Of a DNA stretch of 64,000 nt, positions 32,401-40,926 are shown in pieces. Position numbers and translations under genes: made by a program. The notes below the pieces were generated by a model. That model did not search any database. It was not told where the DNA came from and saw only the letters and a program-made list of their open reading frames with translations. The stretch comes from Escherichia coli. GTDB lineage: Bacteria; Pseudomonadota; Gammaproteobacteria; Enterobacterales; Enterobacteriaceae. Position 1 is the first letter of the stretch, and the number at the start of each line of letters is the position of its first letter. The stretch is from the NCBI RefSeq assembly GCF_030384885.1, contig NZ_CP128613.1, one strand, 5' to 3'.

Positions 32401-33979
32401 TAATGTTACGCCAGTTAAACTTGAAGGGGTGGTCCGGATTACCGATAGCGCGACATTAACTATCGGAAATGGCGTCGATACGACGCTTGCCGACCTGACG
32501 GCTGCCAGCCGGGGCAGTGTCTGGCTTAACAGCAATAATTCCTGTGCAGGCACCAGCAACTGCGAATATAGAGTAAACAGTTTGCTCCTCAACGACGGTG
32601 ATGTTTATTTATCAGCACAAACAGCAGCGCCTGCCACAACTAACGGTATCTACAATACGCTGACCACCAGTGAACTTTCCGGCAGCGGTAATTTCTACCT
32701 GCATACCAACGTTGCAGGCTCCCGGGGCGATCAACTGGTCGTCAACAACAACGCCACTGGCAATTTTAAAATCTTTGTTCAGGATACCGGCGTCAGCCCT
32801 CAGTCTGACGACGCGATGACGCTGGTGAAAACAGGGGGAGGGGATGCTTCGTTTACGCTGGGTAATACCGGCGGTTTCGTTGATCTTGGGACCTATGAGT
32901 ATGTCCTGAAAAGCGACGGCAACAGCAACTGGAACCTGACCAATGATGTCAAACCCAACCCGGATCCCAACCCAAATCCGAAACCGGATCCAAAACCAGA
33001 CCCAAAACCGGATCCGAAACCAGACCCGACTCCCGATCCAACGCCGACACCCGTCCCGGAGAAACGCATCACGCCTTCTACGGCAGCCGTACTCAATATG
33101 GCAGCAACATTACCGTTGGTCTTTGATGCTGAGCTAAACAGTATTCGCGAGCGGTTGAACATAATGAAAGCGAGTCCACACAACAATAATGTCTGGGGGA
33201 CGACGTATAACACCCGTAATAATGTCACCACCGATGCGGGTGCCGGGTTTGAGCAGACGCTGACCGGAATGACGGTGGGGATCGATAGCCGTAATGATAT
33301 TCCTGAGGGGATTGCGACGCTGGGCGCTTTTATGGGTTATTCCCATTCACATATCGGTTTTGATCGTGGAGGACATGGCAGTGTGGGCAGTTATTCTCTG
33401 GGGGGCTATGTCAGCTGGGAACATGAAAGTGGTTTCTATCTGGACGGTATCGTGAAGCTGAACCGCTTTGAAAGTAACGTAGCCGGTAAAATGAGCAGCG
33501 GTGGAGCCGCCAACGGCAGTTATCGCAGCAACGGGCTGGGTGGTCATCTTGAAACCGGGATGCGATTTACCGATGGTAACTGGAACCTGACGCCGTATGC
33601 ATCGTTAACGGGGTTCACCGCTGATAACCCCGAATATCATTTATCCAATGGTATGGAATCGAAATCAGTCGATACCCGCAGTATATATCGTGAACTGGGC
33701 GCAACGCTGAGTTACAACATGCGTCTGGGGAACGGCATGGAAGTTGAGCCGTGGCTGAAGGCGGCTGTGCGCAAAGAATTTGTCGATGATAACCGGGTGA
33801 AAGTGAATAATGACGGTAATTTTGTCAATGATTTGTCGGGCAGACGTGGAATATACCAGGCAGGTATTAAAGCCTCATTCAGCAGTTCGTTAAGCGGGCA
33901 TCTCGGGGTAGGGTATAGCAATGGTGCTGGTTTGGAATCCCCGTGGAACGCGGTGGCTGGTGTGAACTGGTCGTTCTGA
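29411..33979 (+). CDS. ypjA: AIDA-I/Ag43-type autotransporter adhesin (beta-helix passenger with ~19-aa repeats, Pro-rich linker, C-terminal beta-barrel translocator)
   Basis: Start MNRTSPYYFRRSVLSLLISALIYAPPGMAAF (signal peptide; SD aggatg upstream; alt ATG 29402); dozens of GGxQxVxxGGxAxxTxI repeats; C-terminal ...NAVAGVNWSF barrel; position next to ssrA island end as ypjA in K-12. Confidence 0.8.
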   Translation: MNRTSPYYFRRSVLSLLISALIYAPPGMAAFTSTVIGVVNDETVDGVQRVDERGTTNNTHIINHGYQDVYGGVSNGSIIESGGYQDVGGHYNFVGQANNTTINGGRQTIHDGGISTGTIIESGNQDVYTGGISNGTTIKGGNSHISGGTANGTIIDGGSQRVTTQGHVDSTTINKSGSQDITQGSLATNTTINGGRQYVEQSTVETTTIKNGGEQRVYENHALDTTIEGGTQSLNNKSTAKYTQIYSGGTQIVDYTSTSDVIEIYSGGVLDVSGGTATNVTQHDGAILKTNTNGTTVSGTNSEGAFSIHNNVADNVLLENGGHLDVYGSANKTIIKDNGTMSVLANAKADATRIDNGGVMDVAGNATNTIINGGTQNINNHGIATGTNINSGTQNIKSGGKADTTNISSGSRQVVEKDGTATGSNISAGGSLIVYTGGIAHGVNQETGSALVANTGAGTDIEGYNKLSHFTITGGEANYVVLENTGELTVVAKTTAKNTTVDAGGKLIVQKEAKTDSTRLNNGGVLEVQDGGEAKHVEQQSGGALIASTTSGTLIEGTNSYGDAFYIRNSEAKNVVLENAGSLTVVTGSRAVDTIINANGKMDVYGKDVGTVLNSAGTQTIYASATSDKANIKGGKQTVYGLATEANIESGEQIVDGGSTDKTHLKGGTQTVQNYGKAINTDIVSGLQQIMANGTTEGSIINGGSQVVNEGGLAENSVLNDGGTLDVREKGSATGIQQSSQGALVATTRATRVTGTRADGVAFSIEQDAANNILLANGGVLTVESDTTSAKTQVNAGGREIVKTKATATGTMLTGGEQIVEGVANETTINDGGIQTVSANGEAVKTTINEGGTLTVNDNGKATDIIQNSGAALQTSTANGIEISGTHQYGTFSIAGNLATNALLENGGNLLVLAGTEARDSTVGNGGAMQNLGQDFATKVNSGGQYTLGRSKDEFQALARAEDLQVAGGTAIVYAGTLADASVSGATGSLSLMTPRDNVTPVKLEGVVRITDSATLTIGNGVDTTLADLTAASRGSVWLNSNNSCAGTSNCEYRVNSLLLNDGDVYLSAQTAAPATTNGIYNTLTTSELSGSGNFYLHTNVAGSRGDQLVVNNNATGNFKIFVQDTGVSPQSDDAMTLVKTGGGDASFTLGNTGGFVDLGTYEYVLKSDGNSNWNLTNDVKPNPDPNPNPKPDPKPDPKPDPKPDPTPDPTPTPVPEKRITPSTAAVLNMAATLPLVFDAELNSIRERLNIMKASPHNNNVWGTTYNTRNNVTTDAGAGFEQTLTGMTVGIDSRNDIPEGIATLGAFMGYSHSHIGFDRGGHGSVGSYSLGGYVSWEHESGFYLDGIVKLNRFESNVAGKMSSGGAANGSYRSNGLGGHLETGMRFTDGNWNLTPYASLTGFTADNPEYHLSNGMESKSVDTRSIYRELGATLSYNMRLGNGMEVEPWLKAAVRKEFVDDNRVKVNNDGNFVNDLSGRRGIYQAGIKASFSSSLSGHLGVGYSNGAGLESPWNAVAGVNWSF
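32950..33058 (+). repeat. Hexanucleotide-based Pro-Asp/Pro-Lys tandem repeat (PNPDPNPNPKPDPKPDPKPDPKPDPTPDPTPTPVP linker)
   Basis: ccggatccaaaaccagacccaaaaccggatccgaaaccagacccg... directly visible. Confidence 0.6.
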
Positions 33980-34139
33980 CCATCAACGAAAAAGCCCACA
34001 TCTGTGGGCTTTCATATCACCAGGAGCCGCGGCTCCTTTGCGTATCCTTTTATGTCTCCTCACCGTCTGGTCGGTGTCTTGCTGAGACTTCTAACTTCCT
34101 GTTTTTGTTGGTGTTGTCCTTACACCGTCCAATCATGAT

Positions 34140-34183
34140 TGGTGGGCTGGCGGGAGTTGAACCCGCGTCCGAAATTCCTACAT
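34140..34183 (-). repeat. Partial direct repeat of ssrA 3' end (att site copy), one base shorter than the intact end
   Basis: tggtgggctggcgggagttgaacccgcgtccgaaattcctacat vs intact tggtggagctggcgggagttgaacccgcgtccgaaattcctacat at 48498. Confidence 0.75.
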
Positions 34184-34346
34184 ACTAATAATATATCTTT
34201 AAAATCAAAATATTCTATTATTTATCAATGTATTATGTTTATGTGGTGTTAAGGGGTTTATATGGGTTTTAGTTCTCTGCCGCCAAAATGCCGCCAAAAA
34301 AATTGAATGGTAAAACGCCAGTTCGTTGAACTGGCGAGATCTTGTC

Positions 34347-35114
34347 TTATTGTTTTATTATCTTAACGTGCGCCGTTCCTCCATTGACTTTTTCGAAATC
34401 TTGGAACAAGGCAGGGGCATCTTGAGTTACAATATCGTAAAGTTTTTCTGAAACTGTTCTCATTTCATAGTCACCCTGTATTGCTCCTCTCATTTCGAAG
34501 AAGTGTCGAATTGCGCGAGCATTTGCTGTGACGATTATTTTTGTCTCGGTTGCATTAGGCAATATAGAGCGAGAAGCGCTTCTTAAGGCCCGCATTTTTT
34601 CTTTTTTGTTCTCATACGATTGGTTTTCACGGATTTTTTTCAAGGATTGCTTATAAAAATCCAGACTACTTTCAATATGTTGGCACCATGACTTAAACAA
34701 TTCTGGGTCATTTTTTACTTCTATAGGGGCTACGAATTCAGCATCGGATTCATCATGATACTGTTGGGATAACTGGCTATATGAAAAACCAGCTCTATGC
34801 CGAACTAGCTGGTGTGTAAATGCACGAGATACCCCAGTAATTAAAAAGGTCCAGTTCAAATGTTCTAAGACACTTTCATGCCCTTGAATAATTAAATTGT
34901 TGATATATTGACTTGTAGTCCGTGGAGACTGCTTATCCTCTCCAAAAGACATATAACATAGCCTGCCAGCGGCCTCTACCAGAAGCTCAGCTTCGGTCGC
35001 CTGCCCTTTGCGAACCCATTGCAATGATGATGTGTTTAAAAAATCATCAAAAACATTACTTTCAAATGAAGGGTGTGATATGCATTTTACTGATAAATCA
35101 GAGATTTTTATCAT
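34347..35114 (-). CDS. thyX: Flavin-dependent thymidylate synthase ThyX
   Basis: 255 aa with ThyX signature RHRAGFSYSQLSQQY (RHRx7-8S...RY) and C-terminal ARAIRHFFEMR; AT-rich. Confidence 0.75.
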   Translation of the reverse strand: MIKISDLSVKCISHPSFESNVFDDFLNTSSLQWVRKGQATEAELLVEAAGRLCYMSFGEDKQSPRTTSQYINNLIIQGHESVLEHLNWTFLITGVSRAFTHQLVRHRAGFSYSQLSQQYHDESDAEFVAPIEVKNDPELFKSWCQHIESSLDFYKQSLKKIRENQSYENKKEKMRALRSASRSILPNATETKIIVTANARAIRHFFEMRGAIQGDYEMRTVSEKLYDIVTQDAPALFQDFEKVNGGTAHVKIIKQ

Positions 35115-35116
35115 TT

Positions 35117-35902
35117 TTACTCCCGTATAGCTTTTGGGGTGCTTACTTTAGCATCAACCTTTGGTTCGTTTGATTTAGCATTTTTTAGTAATTCAACGGT
35201 GCTTTTTAGGCTATTTATTTCATTTTGTTGAACTTTTATTGTTAATTCAAGATCTTTTGTACTACTGACATTACTGGATACTATTTGAAATAAGAAAGGA
35301 ATTGCTAGGGTTATCAACGTTAGCATTAAGGCTGCTATCGCAATTATAAAGCCAGTTTTTTTCGCAATGATTTTATTGATTTCTTTCGGAAGTCGTTTAT
35401 CAAGTCCTGCAAAATCCTTTCCCATTCTAGAAAGTTGATCATCATCCAATTTATTTACGATTTTTCCTTGGTAACCTTTAGTCGGTATTATTGTTTTAAA
35501 TAATAACATTCGGGCTACTGCTGAATTTTGTGTCAATGAGAATGGTTCTTTTGACATATTTACAAGATATATTGAAATTATGCCATTATATCCAGGGTCA
35601 ATATGCCCTGGATTCGTCATGATAATTCCATTTTTTGATAGTGTGTTTCTTGGAAATATTACACCAGCTAAATTTTTTGCAAGTTGGAATTTTTCATTTA
35701 ACTCTAATATTACAGTTTCCCCTGGCATCAGGATATGGTTGTTACGTGTTTTTTTATTGTCTTGACAGTCTGGTATATGTATTGTTTTTACAGAGAGATC
35801 AATGCTTGCAGATTGAACTTTAAATGTTCCATTTAATACCGTTAATGGATCAAAAATGTTGCCTCGCTGAATTTCATCATTGATTTCTATTTCAGACAGC
35901 AT
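35117..35902 (-). CDS. dCTP deaminase/dUTPase-fold (Dcd-like) domain protein with C-terminal TM helix and coiled-coil tail; catalytic Glu apparently replaced
   Basis: Aligns to E. coli Dcd: ASIDLSV / LMPGETVILEL / PRNTLSKNG / IDPGYNGIISIYLVN (Dcd has IDPGWSGCIVLEFYN); residues 185-210 hydrophobic (GFIIAIAALMLTLITLAIPFLF). Confidence 0.6.
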   Translation of the reverse strand: MLSEIEINDEIQRGNIFDPLTVLNGTFKVQSASIDLSVKTIHIPDCQDNKKTRNNHILMPGETVILELNEKFQLAKNLAGVIFPRNTLSKNGIIMTNPGHIDPGYNGIISIYLVNMSKEPFSLTQNSAVARMLLFKTIIPTKGYQGKIVNKLDDDQLSRMGKDFAGLDKRLPKEINKIIAKKTGFIIAIAALMLTLITLAIPFLFQIVSSNVSSTKDLELTIKVQQNEINSLKSTVELLKNAKSNEPKVDAKVSTPKAIRE

Positions 35903-35928
35903 ATCAAAATCCTATATTTGTAAAGTTA

Positions 35929-36942
35929 TTATAAATTAGCCAGAGGGTTTTTTATTACTGCATCTTCAAGATGCTCTGGGGAAAAATGTGCATAAATCAT
36001 AGTCATTTTTATATCAGAGTGGCCTAAAATATCTCGTAAAACCAAAATATTACCACCATTCATCATAAAATGGCTGGCGAATGTATGGCGCAGAACGTGA
36101 GTGCATTGGCCCTCTGGTAACTCAATGTCAGCTCGCTTTACTGCTCGTTCAAAGGCTTTTCTGCAAGGAGTGAATAACTTCCCTCTGTTCTTAGGGAGTT
36201 CGTCATACAGATCCTGAGATATCGGCACGGTACGGTTTTTCTTGCCCTTAGTCTTGGTATAGGTGATCCGGTATTTCGATAACTGATGGCCCTGCAGATT
36301 TTCGGCTTCACTCCAGCGCGCGCCGGTGGCCAGGCATATTTTTGTAATTAAAAGTAGACTGGGGCTTTGAGAATCAGCACAGGCATCCAGCAGACGTTTA
36401 ATTTCTTCCGGGGTCAGGAACGACAGTTCACCCTCAGCAATTTTAAATGTTGGCAGCCCGGCAAGCGGATTGGGGGCTGACCAGTGGCCCAACTTTTTCA
36501 GTGTGCCAAAAACAGATGATAGGTTGCGCTGTTCAAGGTTTACAGTGCGGGGCTTAACGGGCGACATAAGCGTGCCCTCTTCATTTCGCACTTCACCTTT
36601 TAGCCGCGCTTCTCGGTATTTAGTAAAATCACCGGCTGTCAGCTCTGAGGCGATGGGATCGCCTAGACCATTACAGATAATTCTAAGTTTCGCCATGAGG
36701 CGCTTGGGGTCTGCGAGTGTTTGACCATACAGGGAATACCACTGCTCAATTAATTCTGATAGGTGTCGCCGATCTTCCTTTTCCCCCAGCCATGGCTTTT
36801 TGTTCACTTCTTCCATTGTGAAGCTTTCAAAAGCAATGGCTTCGCCTTTCGTAGCAAATTGCTTACGCACGCGCTTGCCATTGCGTCCATGGGGATAGCA
36901 CTCGCACAACCATTTACCGTTTGGCTGTTTTCTGACAGTCAT
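35929..36942 (-). CDS. int: Tyrosine integrase, P2 family
   Basis: 337 aa; N-terminus MTVRKQPNGKWLCECYPHGRNGKRVRKQFATKGEAIAFE resembles P2 Int MAIKKLDDGRYEVDIRPTGRNGKRIRRKF...; C-terminal HxxR...Y catalytic region (HVLRHTFASH...MIYAH). Confidence 0.85.
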   Translation of the reverse strand: MTVRKQPNGKWLCECYPHGRNGKRVRKQFATKGEAIAFESFTMEEVNKKPWLGEKEDRRHLSELIEQWYSLYGQTLADPKRLMAKLRIICNGLGDPIASELTAGDFTKYREARLKGEVRNEEGTLMSPVKPRTVNLEQRNLSSVFGTLKKLGHWSAPNPLAGLPTFKIAEGELSFLTPEEIKRLLDACADSQSPSLLLITKICLATGARWSEAENLQGHQLSKYRITYTKTKGKKNRTVPISQDLYDELPKNRGKLFTPCRKAFERAVKRADIELPEGQCTHVLRHTFASHFMMNGGNILVLRDILGHSDIKMTMIYAHFSPEHLEDAVIKNPLANL

Positions 36943-36944
36943 GT

Positions 36945-37577
36945 TTAGATACTCTTTATTACTTTGACTGCACGCCCAATAACTTCCACATCATCAGTAG
37001 AGCACTCGAAAGACGCTTCATCTTGATTTACTACAATCTTATTGCCGGGAATCCGCATGATTTTTGCAACAATAATCATTCCATCAATATTGATAAGCCA
37101 GAATCCATTGCTGACCTGTTTAATTGATTTATCGATGAGATAACAATTAGTAGGGGTTTCTAAGAACATCAATTCTTCATAATCTGCAGGTAATATGCTG
37201 TGGTCTAGGAAAATCTCTTCATCAATACTGAGTTGTCCATTCTCCAGGGTTCCTTTAGGAATAGCTGGAGTTATGAGTTTGGATAACGGTTTAATTGCTT
37301 GTTTGTTCTCATTATGAGAACTTTTCTCAGGCTCAGCTCCTCCTTTCATGCTTCCCTGTCCTGTAGCTAACCAAAGCAACGAAACACCGGTTTCTAGTGC
37401 GCACTGAATTATCCAGTCAGCAGGAAAGCTGTCACGTAACACTCTGTTTGCCATAGTGCTTTTTGAGACATTCAGGTGCTCGCTTAATGCCTGCTTAGTT
37501 GTGAATCCATAAGCCTCAAGCAGCCTTTCAATAGCTGCCTTACCTCCCGTATCGGAACCCATTCTGATGTTTAACAT
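36945..37577 (-). CDS. CI-type immunity repressor (HTH N-domain + C-terminal oligomerisation domain, 186-like)
   Basis: 210 aa, HTH KQALSEHLNVSKSTMANRVLRD; located between int and divergent apl/cII as in coliphage 186. Confidence 0.65.
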   Translation of the reverse strand: MLNIRMGSDTGGKAAIERLLEAYGFTTKQALSEHLNVSKSTMANRVLRDSFPADWIIQCALETGVSLLWLATGQGSMKGGAEPEKSSHNENKQAIKPLSKLITPAIPKGTLENGQLSIDEEIFLDHSILPADYEELMFLETPTNCYLIDKSIKQVSNGFWLINIDGMIIVAKIMRIPGNKIVVNQDEASFECSTDDVEVIGRAVKVIKSI

Positions 37578-37698
37578 TGGTGATCTCCATTTGACAATCT
37601 TGAATCAAGATCGTAATGTCTTCATGTCTCTTGATGTGAGAGTTTAAGAGACGGGCTAAAACGAACTAACACGCACACAAAGTAAGAGATACTGCACT
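37578..37698. promoter_or_regulatory. Divergent lysogenic/lytic promoter-operator region between cI and apl
   Basis: Position by analogy with 186 pR/pL switch; inferred. Confidence 0.3.
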
Positions 37699-37941
37699 AT
37701 GAGTACTGATATTTCAATTCGTGTACCAAAAGAGATGGCTACGCCTGCAGAGTTCGCAGAGTGGGAGGGTATTTCCCGCGGCTCTGTTTACCAAAAAATT
37801 CACCATGGTCAACTTGCTAAGTACATGGTCAAGAAAGAAAAAAACAAAGGCCGCGTAAGCCTGCGTTATCTGATGTACAAAACCGATCAGGTCCGTGAAT
37901 CCCTCGGTCATTCCAACTTCCGCGTCATTGTTGGTAAGTAA
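37699..37941 (+). CDS. Apl/Cox-like small HTH excisionase-regulator
   Basis: 80 aa first gene of rightward operon; gene order int-cI / apl-cII. Confidence 0.5.
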   Translation: MSTDISIRVPKEMATPAEFAEWEGISRGSVYQKIHHGQLAKYMVKKEKNKGRVSLRYLMYKTDQVRESLGHSNFRVIVGK

Positions 37942-37973
37942 GTTCAATTATGGGAACTTTCTAAGGGGGCACC

Positions 37974-38483
37974 ATGTTTGATTACAAGATTTCCAAACAT
38001 CCGCATTTCGATGAAGCCTGTAGGGCTTTTGCACTGCGCCACAACCTGGTGCAACTGGCAGAACGTGCAGGCATGAATGTGCAGATTCTGCGGAACAAGC
38101 TGAACCCAGCTCAACCTCATTTATTAACTGCACCAGAAATCTGGTTGCTTACCGATCTGACTGAAGATTCAACGCTGGTAGATGGTTTTCTGGCTCAGAT
38201 TCACTGCCTGCCATGTGTACCGATTAATGAGGTGGCAAAAGAGAAACTGCCACATTACGTCATGAGTGCAACCGCAGAGATCGGGCGTGTCGCGGCAGGT
38301 GCGGTTTCTGGCGATGTAAAAACCAGTGCAGGCCGTCGTGATGCGATCAGCAGCATTAACTCTGTTACACGACTGATGGCGCTGGCTGCTGTTTCATTGC
38401 AGGCCCGTTTACAGGCTAATCCTGCGATGGCGAGTGCGGTTGATACCGTGACTGGCCTCGGTGCTTCATTCGGTTTGCTGTGA
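37974..38483 (+). CDS. CII-like lysogeny establishment activator (186 CII family)
   Basis: 169 aa, [45 protein letters not shown]... resembles 186 CII in length and sequence. Confidence 0.7.
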   Translation: MFDYKISKHPHFDEACRAFALRHNLVQLAERAGMNVQILRNKLNPAQPHLLTAPEIWLLTDLTEDSTLVDGFLAQIHCLPCVPINEVAKEKLPHYVMSATAEIGRVAAGAVSGDVKTSAGRRDAISSINSVTRLMALAAVSLQARLQANPAMASAVDTVTGLGASFGLL

Positions 38484-38490
38484 GGTGCTT

Positions 38491-38787
38491 ATGCTGATGA
38501 AAGAACCATCATTTGCATCGCTCCTGGTAAAACAAAGTCCGGCAATGCACTACGGTCACGGCTGGATCATGGGTGAGGATGGTAAACGCTGGCATCCGTA
38601 CCGTTCACAAGATGAATTGCTGTCTGAATTGACCACGAGGAAACGGAGAAAGTCCAAATGTATGCGGCAGAAAATAAAGTGGTTTATCACTTTCGTTACA
38701 GAGGGGAGAATTATTCAGTACCTGAAGATGATTTGCTCTGTTGCTATCCGTCGTTGTCGGGCGATGGTAGCTACTTTTTCACGCTAA
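38491..38787 (+). CDS. Small hypothetical early-operon protein (C-terminal part may be out-of-frame run-on)
   Basis: ATG 38491 MLMKEPSFASLLVKQSPAMHYGHGW...; overlaps next ORF in another frame. Confidence 0.3.
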   Translation: MLMKEPSFASLLVKQSPAMHYGHGWIMGEDGKRWHPYRSQDELLSELTTRKRRKSKCMRQKIKWFITFVTEGRIIQYLKMICSVAIRRCRAMVATFSR

Positions 38788-38882
38788 AGGATGGAACCTT
38801 TATACGTGGTGAAAAAGTACAAGAAGTGATGCGTATAAAGACATCACCTCTTGAACGTTATCGGCGAAATATTTATCGGTAA
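38658..38882 (+). CDS. Hypothetical 74-aa phage protein
   Basis: MYAAENKVVYHFRYRGENYSVPEDD...; protein-like composition. Confidence 0.4.
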   Translation: MYAAENKVVYHFRYRGENYSVPEDDLLCCYPSLSGDGSYFFTLKDGTFIRGEKVQEVMRIKTSPLERYRRNIYR

Positions 38883-39121
38883 CGATCTATCAGTGTCTGT
38901 ATCAGATGAGTGAATTCTTGTTGTTTAACCGAACCTAAAGGAAGTTTGTTTAATTCTTCGCGGAGGAGCTCAAAAAATGCTGATTGATTTGCTGAGTCAG
39001 TTCGAAATAAGGAGTGGATCAGACCTGAAACAAGAATTCGTTGAACAGCAACCTCATCGCGAAGACTGGAGATCTCGTTTTCAAGTTGCTCTATACGCTC
39101 TCTTTCAACCGGGTTCAACAT
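38873..39121 (-). CDS. Hypothetical 82-aa coiled-coil protein, opposite orientation to the early operon
   Basis: MLNPVERERIEQLENEISSLRDEVAVQRIL...; antisense partner ORF looks like junk. Confidence 0.3.
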   Translation of the reverse strand: MLNPVERERIEQLENEISSLRDEVAVQRILVSGLIHSLFRTDSANQSAFFELLREELNKLPLGSVKQQEFTHLIQTLIDRYR

Positions 39122-39202
39122 TGATGATTCCTTCTAGCTATCAATATGTTGGTAATGGATCATATCAAAAATTTTTTAGTAGATGTGTTGTGGGATGCAT
39201 AA

Positions 39203-39544
39203 ATGGCTATTGAAGGCACTGCGGCGACTGTTCCATTAAGCCCCGGTGAACGCCTGAATGGACTTAATCACATTGCGGAGTTAAGGGCGAAAGTTTTTGG
39301 CCTGAATATTGAGTCAGAGCTTGAGCGGTTTATTAAAGATATGCGTGATTCACGGGATATTAATAGCGAACAAAATAAACGGGCACTGGCTGCCATATTC
39401 TTTATGGCAAAAATTCCAGCTGAACGTCATAGCATCAGCATTAATGAGCTGACCACTGACGAAAAGCGGGAGTTGATTAAAGCAATGAATCATTTTCGTG
39501 CAGTGGTGAGCTTATTTCCCAGACGGCTAACCATGCCGAATTAA
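39203..39544 (+). CDS. Hypothetical 113-aa phage early protein
   Basis: ORF with start near SD; unknown function. Confidence 0.45.
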   Translation: MAIEGTAATVPLSPGERLNGLNHIAELRAKVFGLNIESELERFIKDMRDSRDINSEQNKRALAAIFFMAKIPAERHSISINELTTDEKRELIKAMNHFRAVVSLFPRRLTMPN

Positions 39545-39605
39545 CCAACTAATGAAATTAATGGCGTAAACCCGCCGGGCATCCCTTTATCTAAATTCAG
39601 GAGAA

Positions 39606-39845
39606 TTGATTATGCGTAATATTGAAACCCTCTCGACCAAAACCGGACCGGATGACGCAGGGCTTAATATTTTACTGACAGAGGCTCGTCTGGAAGAACG
39701 CCGGGCAAGGGCTGAAGCAATGGCAGCTCGCCTTGATAGCCTGGCGTGTCATATCACATCCCGCCAGCTAACCCACGTCGAAGCGGCAGAACTGCTTCGT
39801 GTGACTGCTGAAGCAATCCAGAACGAAGCGCAGGAGATCCACTGA
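39606..39845 (+). CDS. Hypothetical 79-aa phage early protein
   Basis: ATGA-coupled to following traR-like gene. Confidence 0.45.
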   Translation: MIMRNIETLSTKTGPDDAGLNILLTEARLEERRARAEAMAARLDSLACHITSRQLTHVEAAELLRVTAEAIQNEAQEIH

Positions 39846-40072
39846 TGGCTGATGCAATGGATCTCGTACAGCAGCGCGTTGAAGAAGAACGCCAACGCCA
39901 TATCCGTGCTGCCCGTGCCAAAACGCCGGGCGTGTCCCGCGTGCTTTGCATTGAGTGTGAAGCGCCAATTCCGCCAGCACGCCGCCGTGCCATTCCGGGT
40001 GTGCAGCTTTGCATTACCTGTCAGGAAATCGCAGAGCTGAAAGGCAAACATTACAACGGAGGTGCTGTATGA
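39845..40072 (+). CDS. TraR/DksA-family C4 zinc-finger protein
   Basis: 75 aa with CIECEAPIP...CITCQ four-Cys finger. Confidence 0.7.
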   Translation: MADAMDLVQQRVEEERQRHIRAARAKTPGVSRVLCIECEAPIPPARRRAIPGVQLCITCQEIAELKGKHYNGGAV

Positions 40073-40926
40073 GCACCATCCTGAAATGGGCGGGAAATAA
40101 AACTGCCATAATGTCCGAACTGAAAAAACATCTTCCTGCTGGCCCGCGACTGGTTGAACCTTTCGCGGGTTCCTGTGCTGTGATGATGGAGACGGATTAT
40201 CCCAGCTATCTGGTTGCGGATATTAATCCTGATTTAATCAACCTCTATAAAAAGGTTGCCGCTGATTGTGAATCGTTTATATCTCGCGCCAGAGTTTTAT
40301 TTGAGATCGCAAACAGGGAGGTGGCTTATTACAACATAAGGCAGGAGTTTAATTACTCAACTGAAATTACTGATTTCATGAAAGCGGTATATTTCCTGTA
40401 TCTCAATCGTCACGGTTACCGTGGTTTATGTCGCTATAACAAGAGCGGGCATTTCAACATTCCCTACGGTAATTATAAAAATCCGTATTTCCCTGAAAAA
40501 GAAATTCGCGCATTTGCAGAAAAGGCCCAGCGAGCAACGTTTATCTGCGCCAGCTTTGATGAAACGCTGGCGATGTTGAAGGCGGGGGATGTGGTGTATT
40601 GCGATCCGCCGTATGACGGTACGTTTTCCGGCTATCACACTGACGGCTTCACTGAAGATGACCAGTATCACCTGGCATCTGTTCTTGAACATCGGTCATC
40701 AGAAGGACATCCGGTCATTGTTTCTAACAGTGACACATCCCTGATCCGTTCGCTGTATCGCAATTTTACTCACCACTACATCAAGGCAAAACGCAGCATC
40801 GGTGTGGCAGCTGGCGAGGGTAAATCAGCAACAGAAATCATTGCTGTTTCCGGGCCGCGCTGCTGGGTGGGATTTGATTATTCGCGTGGCGTGGATAGTT
40901 CTGCCGTGTACGGAGTACGTGCATGA
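40069..40926 (+). CDS. dam: N6-adenine DNA methyltransferase (Dam/D12 class)
   Basis: [11 protein letters not shown]... N-terminal SAM-binding FxGxG-like region and DPPY motif ([10 protein letters not shown]); start overlaps traR-like stop (ATGA), stop overlaps repA start. Confidence 0.8.
   Translation: MSTILKWAGNKTAIMSELKKHLPAGPRLVEPFAGSCAVMMETDYPSYLVADINPDLINLYKKVAADCESFISRARVLFEIANREVAYYNIRQEFNYSTEITDFMKAVYFLYLNRHGYRGLCRYNKSGHFNIPYGNYKNPYFPEKEIRAFAEKAQRATFICASFDETLAMLKAGDVVYCDPPYDGTFSGYHTDGFTEDDQYHLASVLEHRSSEGHPVIVSNSDTSLIRSLYRNFTHHYIKAKRSIGVAAGEGKSATEIIAVSGPRCWVGFDYSRGVDSSAVYGVRA

Noticed and set aside
29400-33979. Highly repetitive DNA in the autotransporter considered as a possible CRISPR or other array
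   Set aside because: Repeats are imperfect, in-frame, and encode beta-helix rungs. No spacer/repeat periodicity of 28-37 nt and no cas genes anywhere in the window.
36945-37577. CI-like repressor considered as LexA-like autocleaving (S24) repressor
   Set aside because: No Ala-Gly/Ser-Lys dyad (GDSM) motif recognisable; better explained as a 186-type CI with a non-peptidase C-terminal domain.
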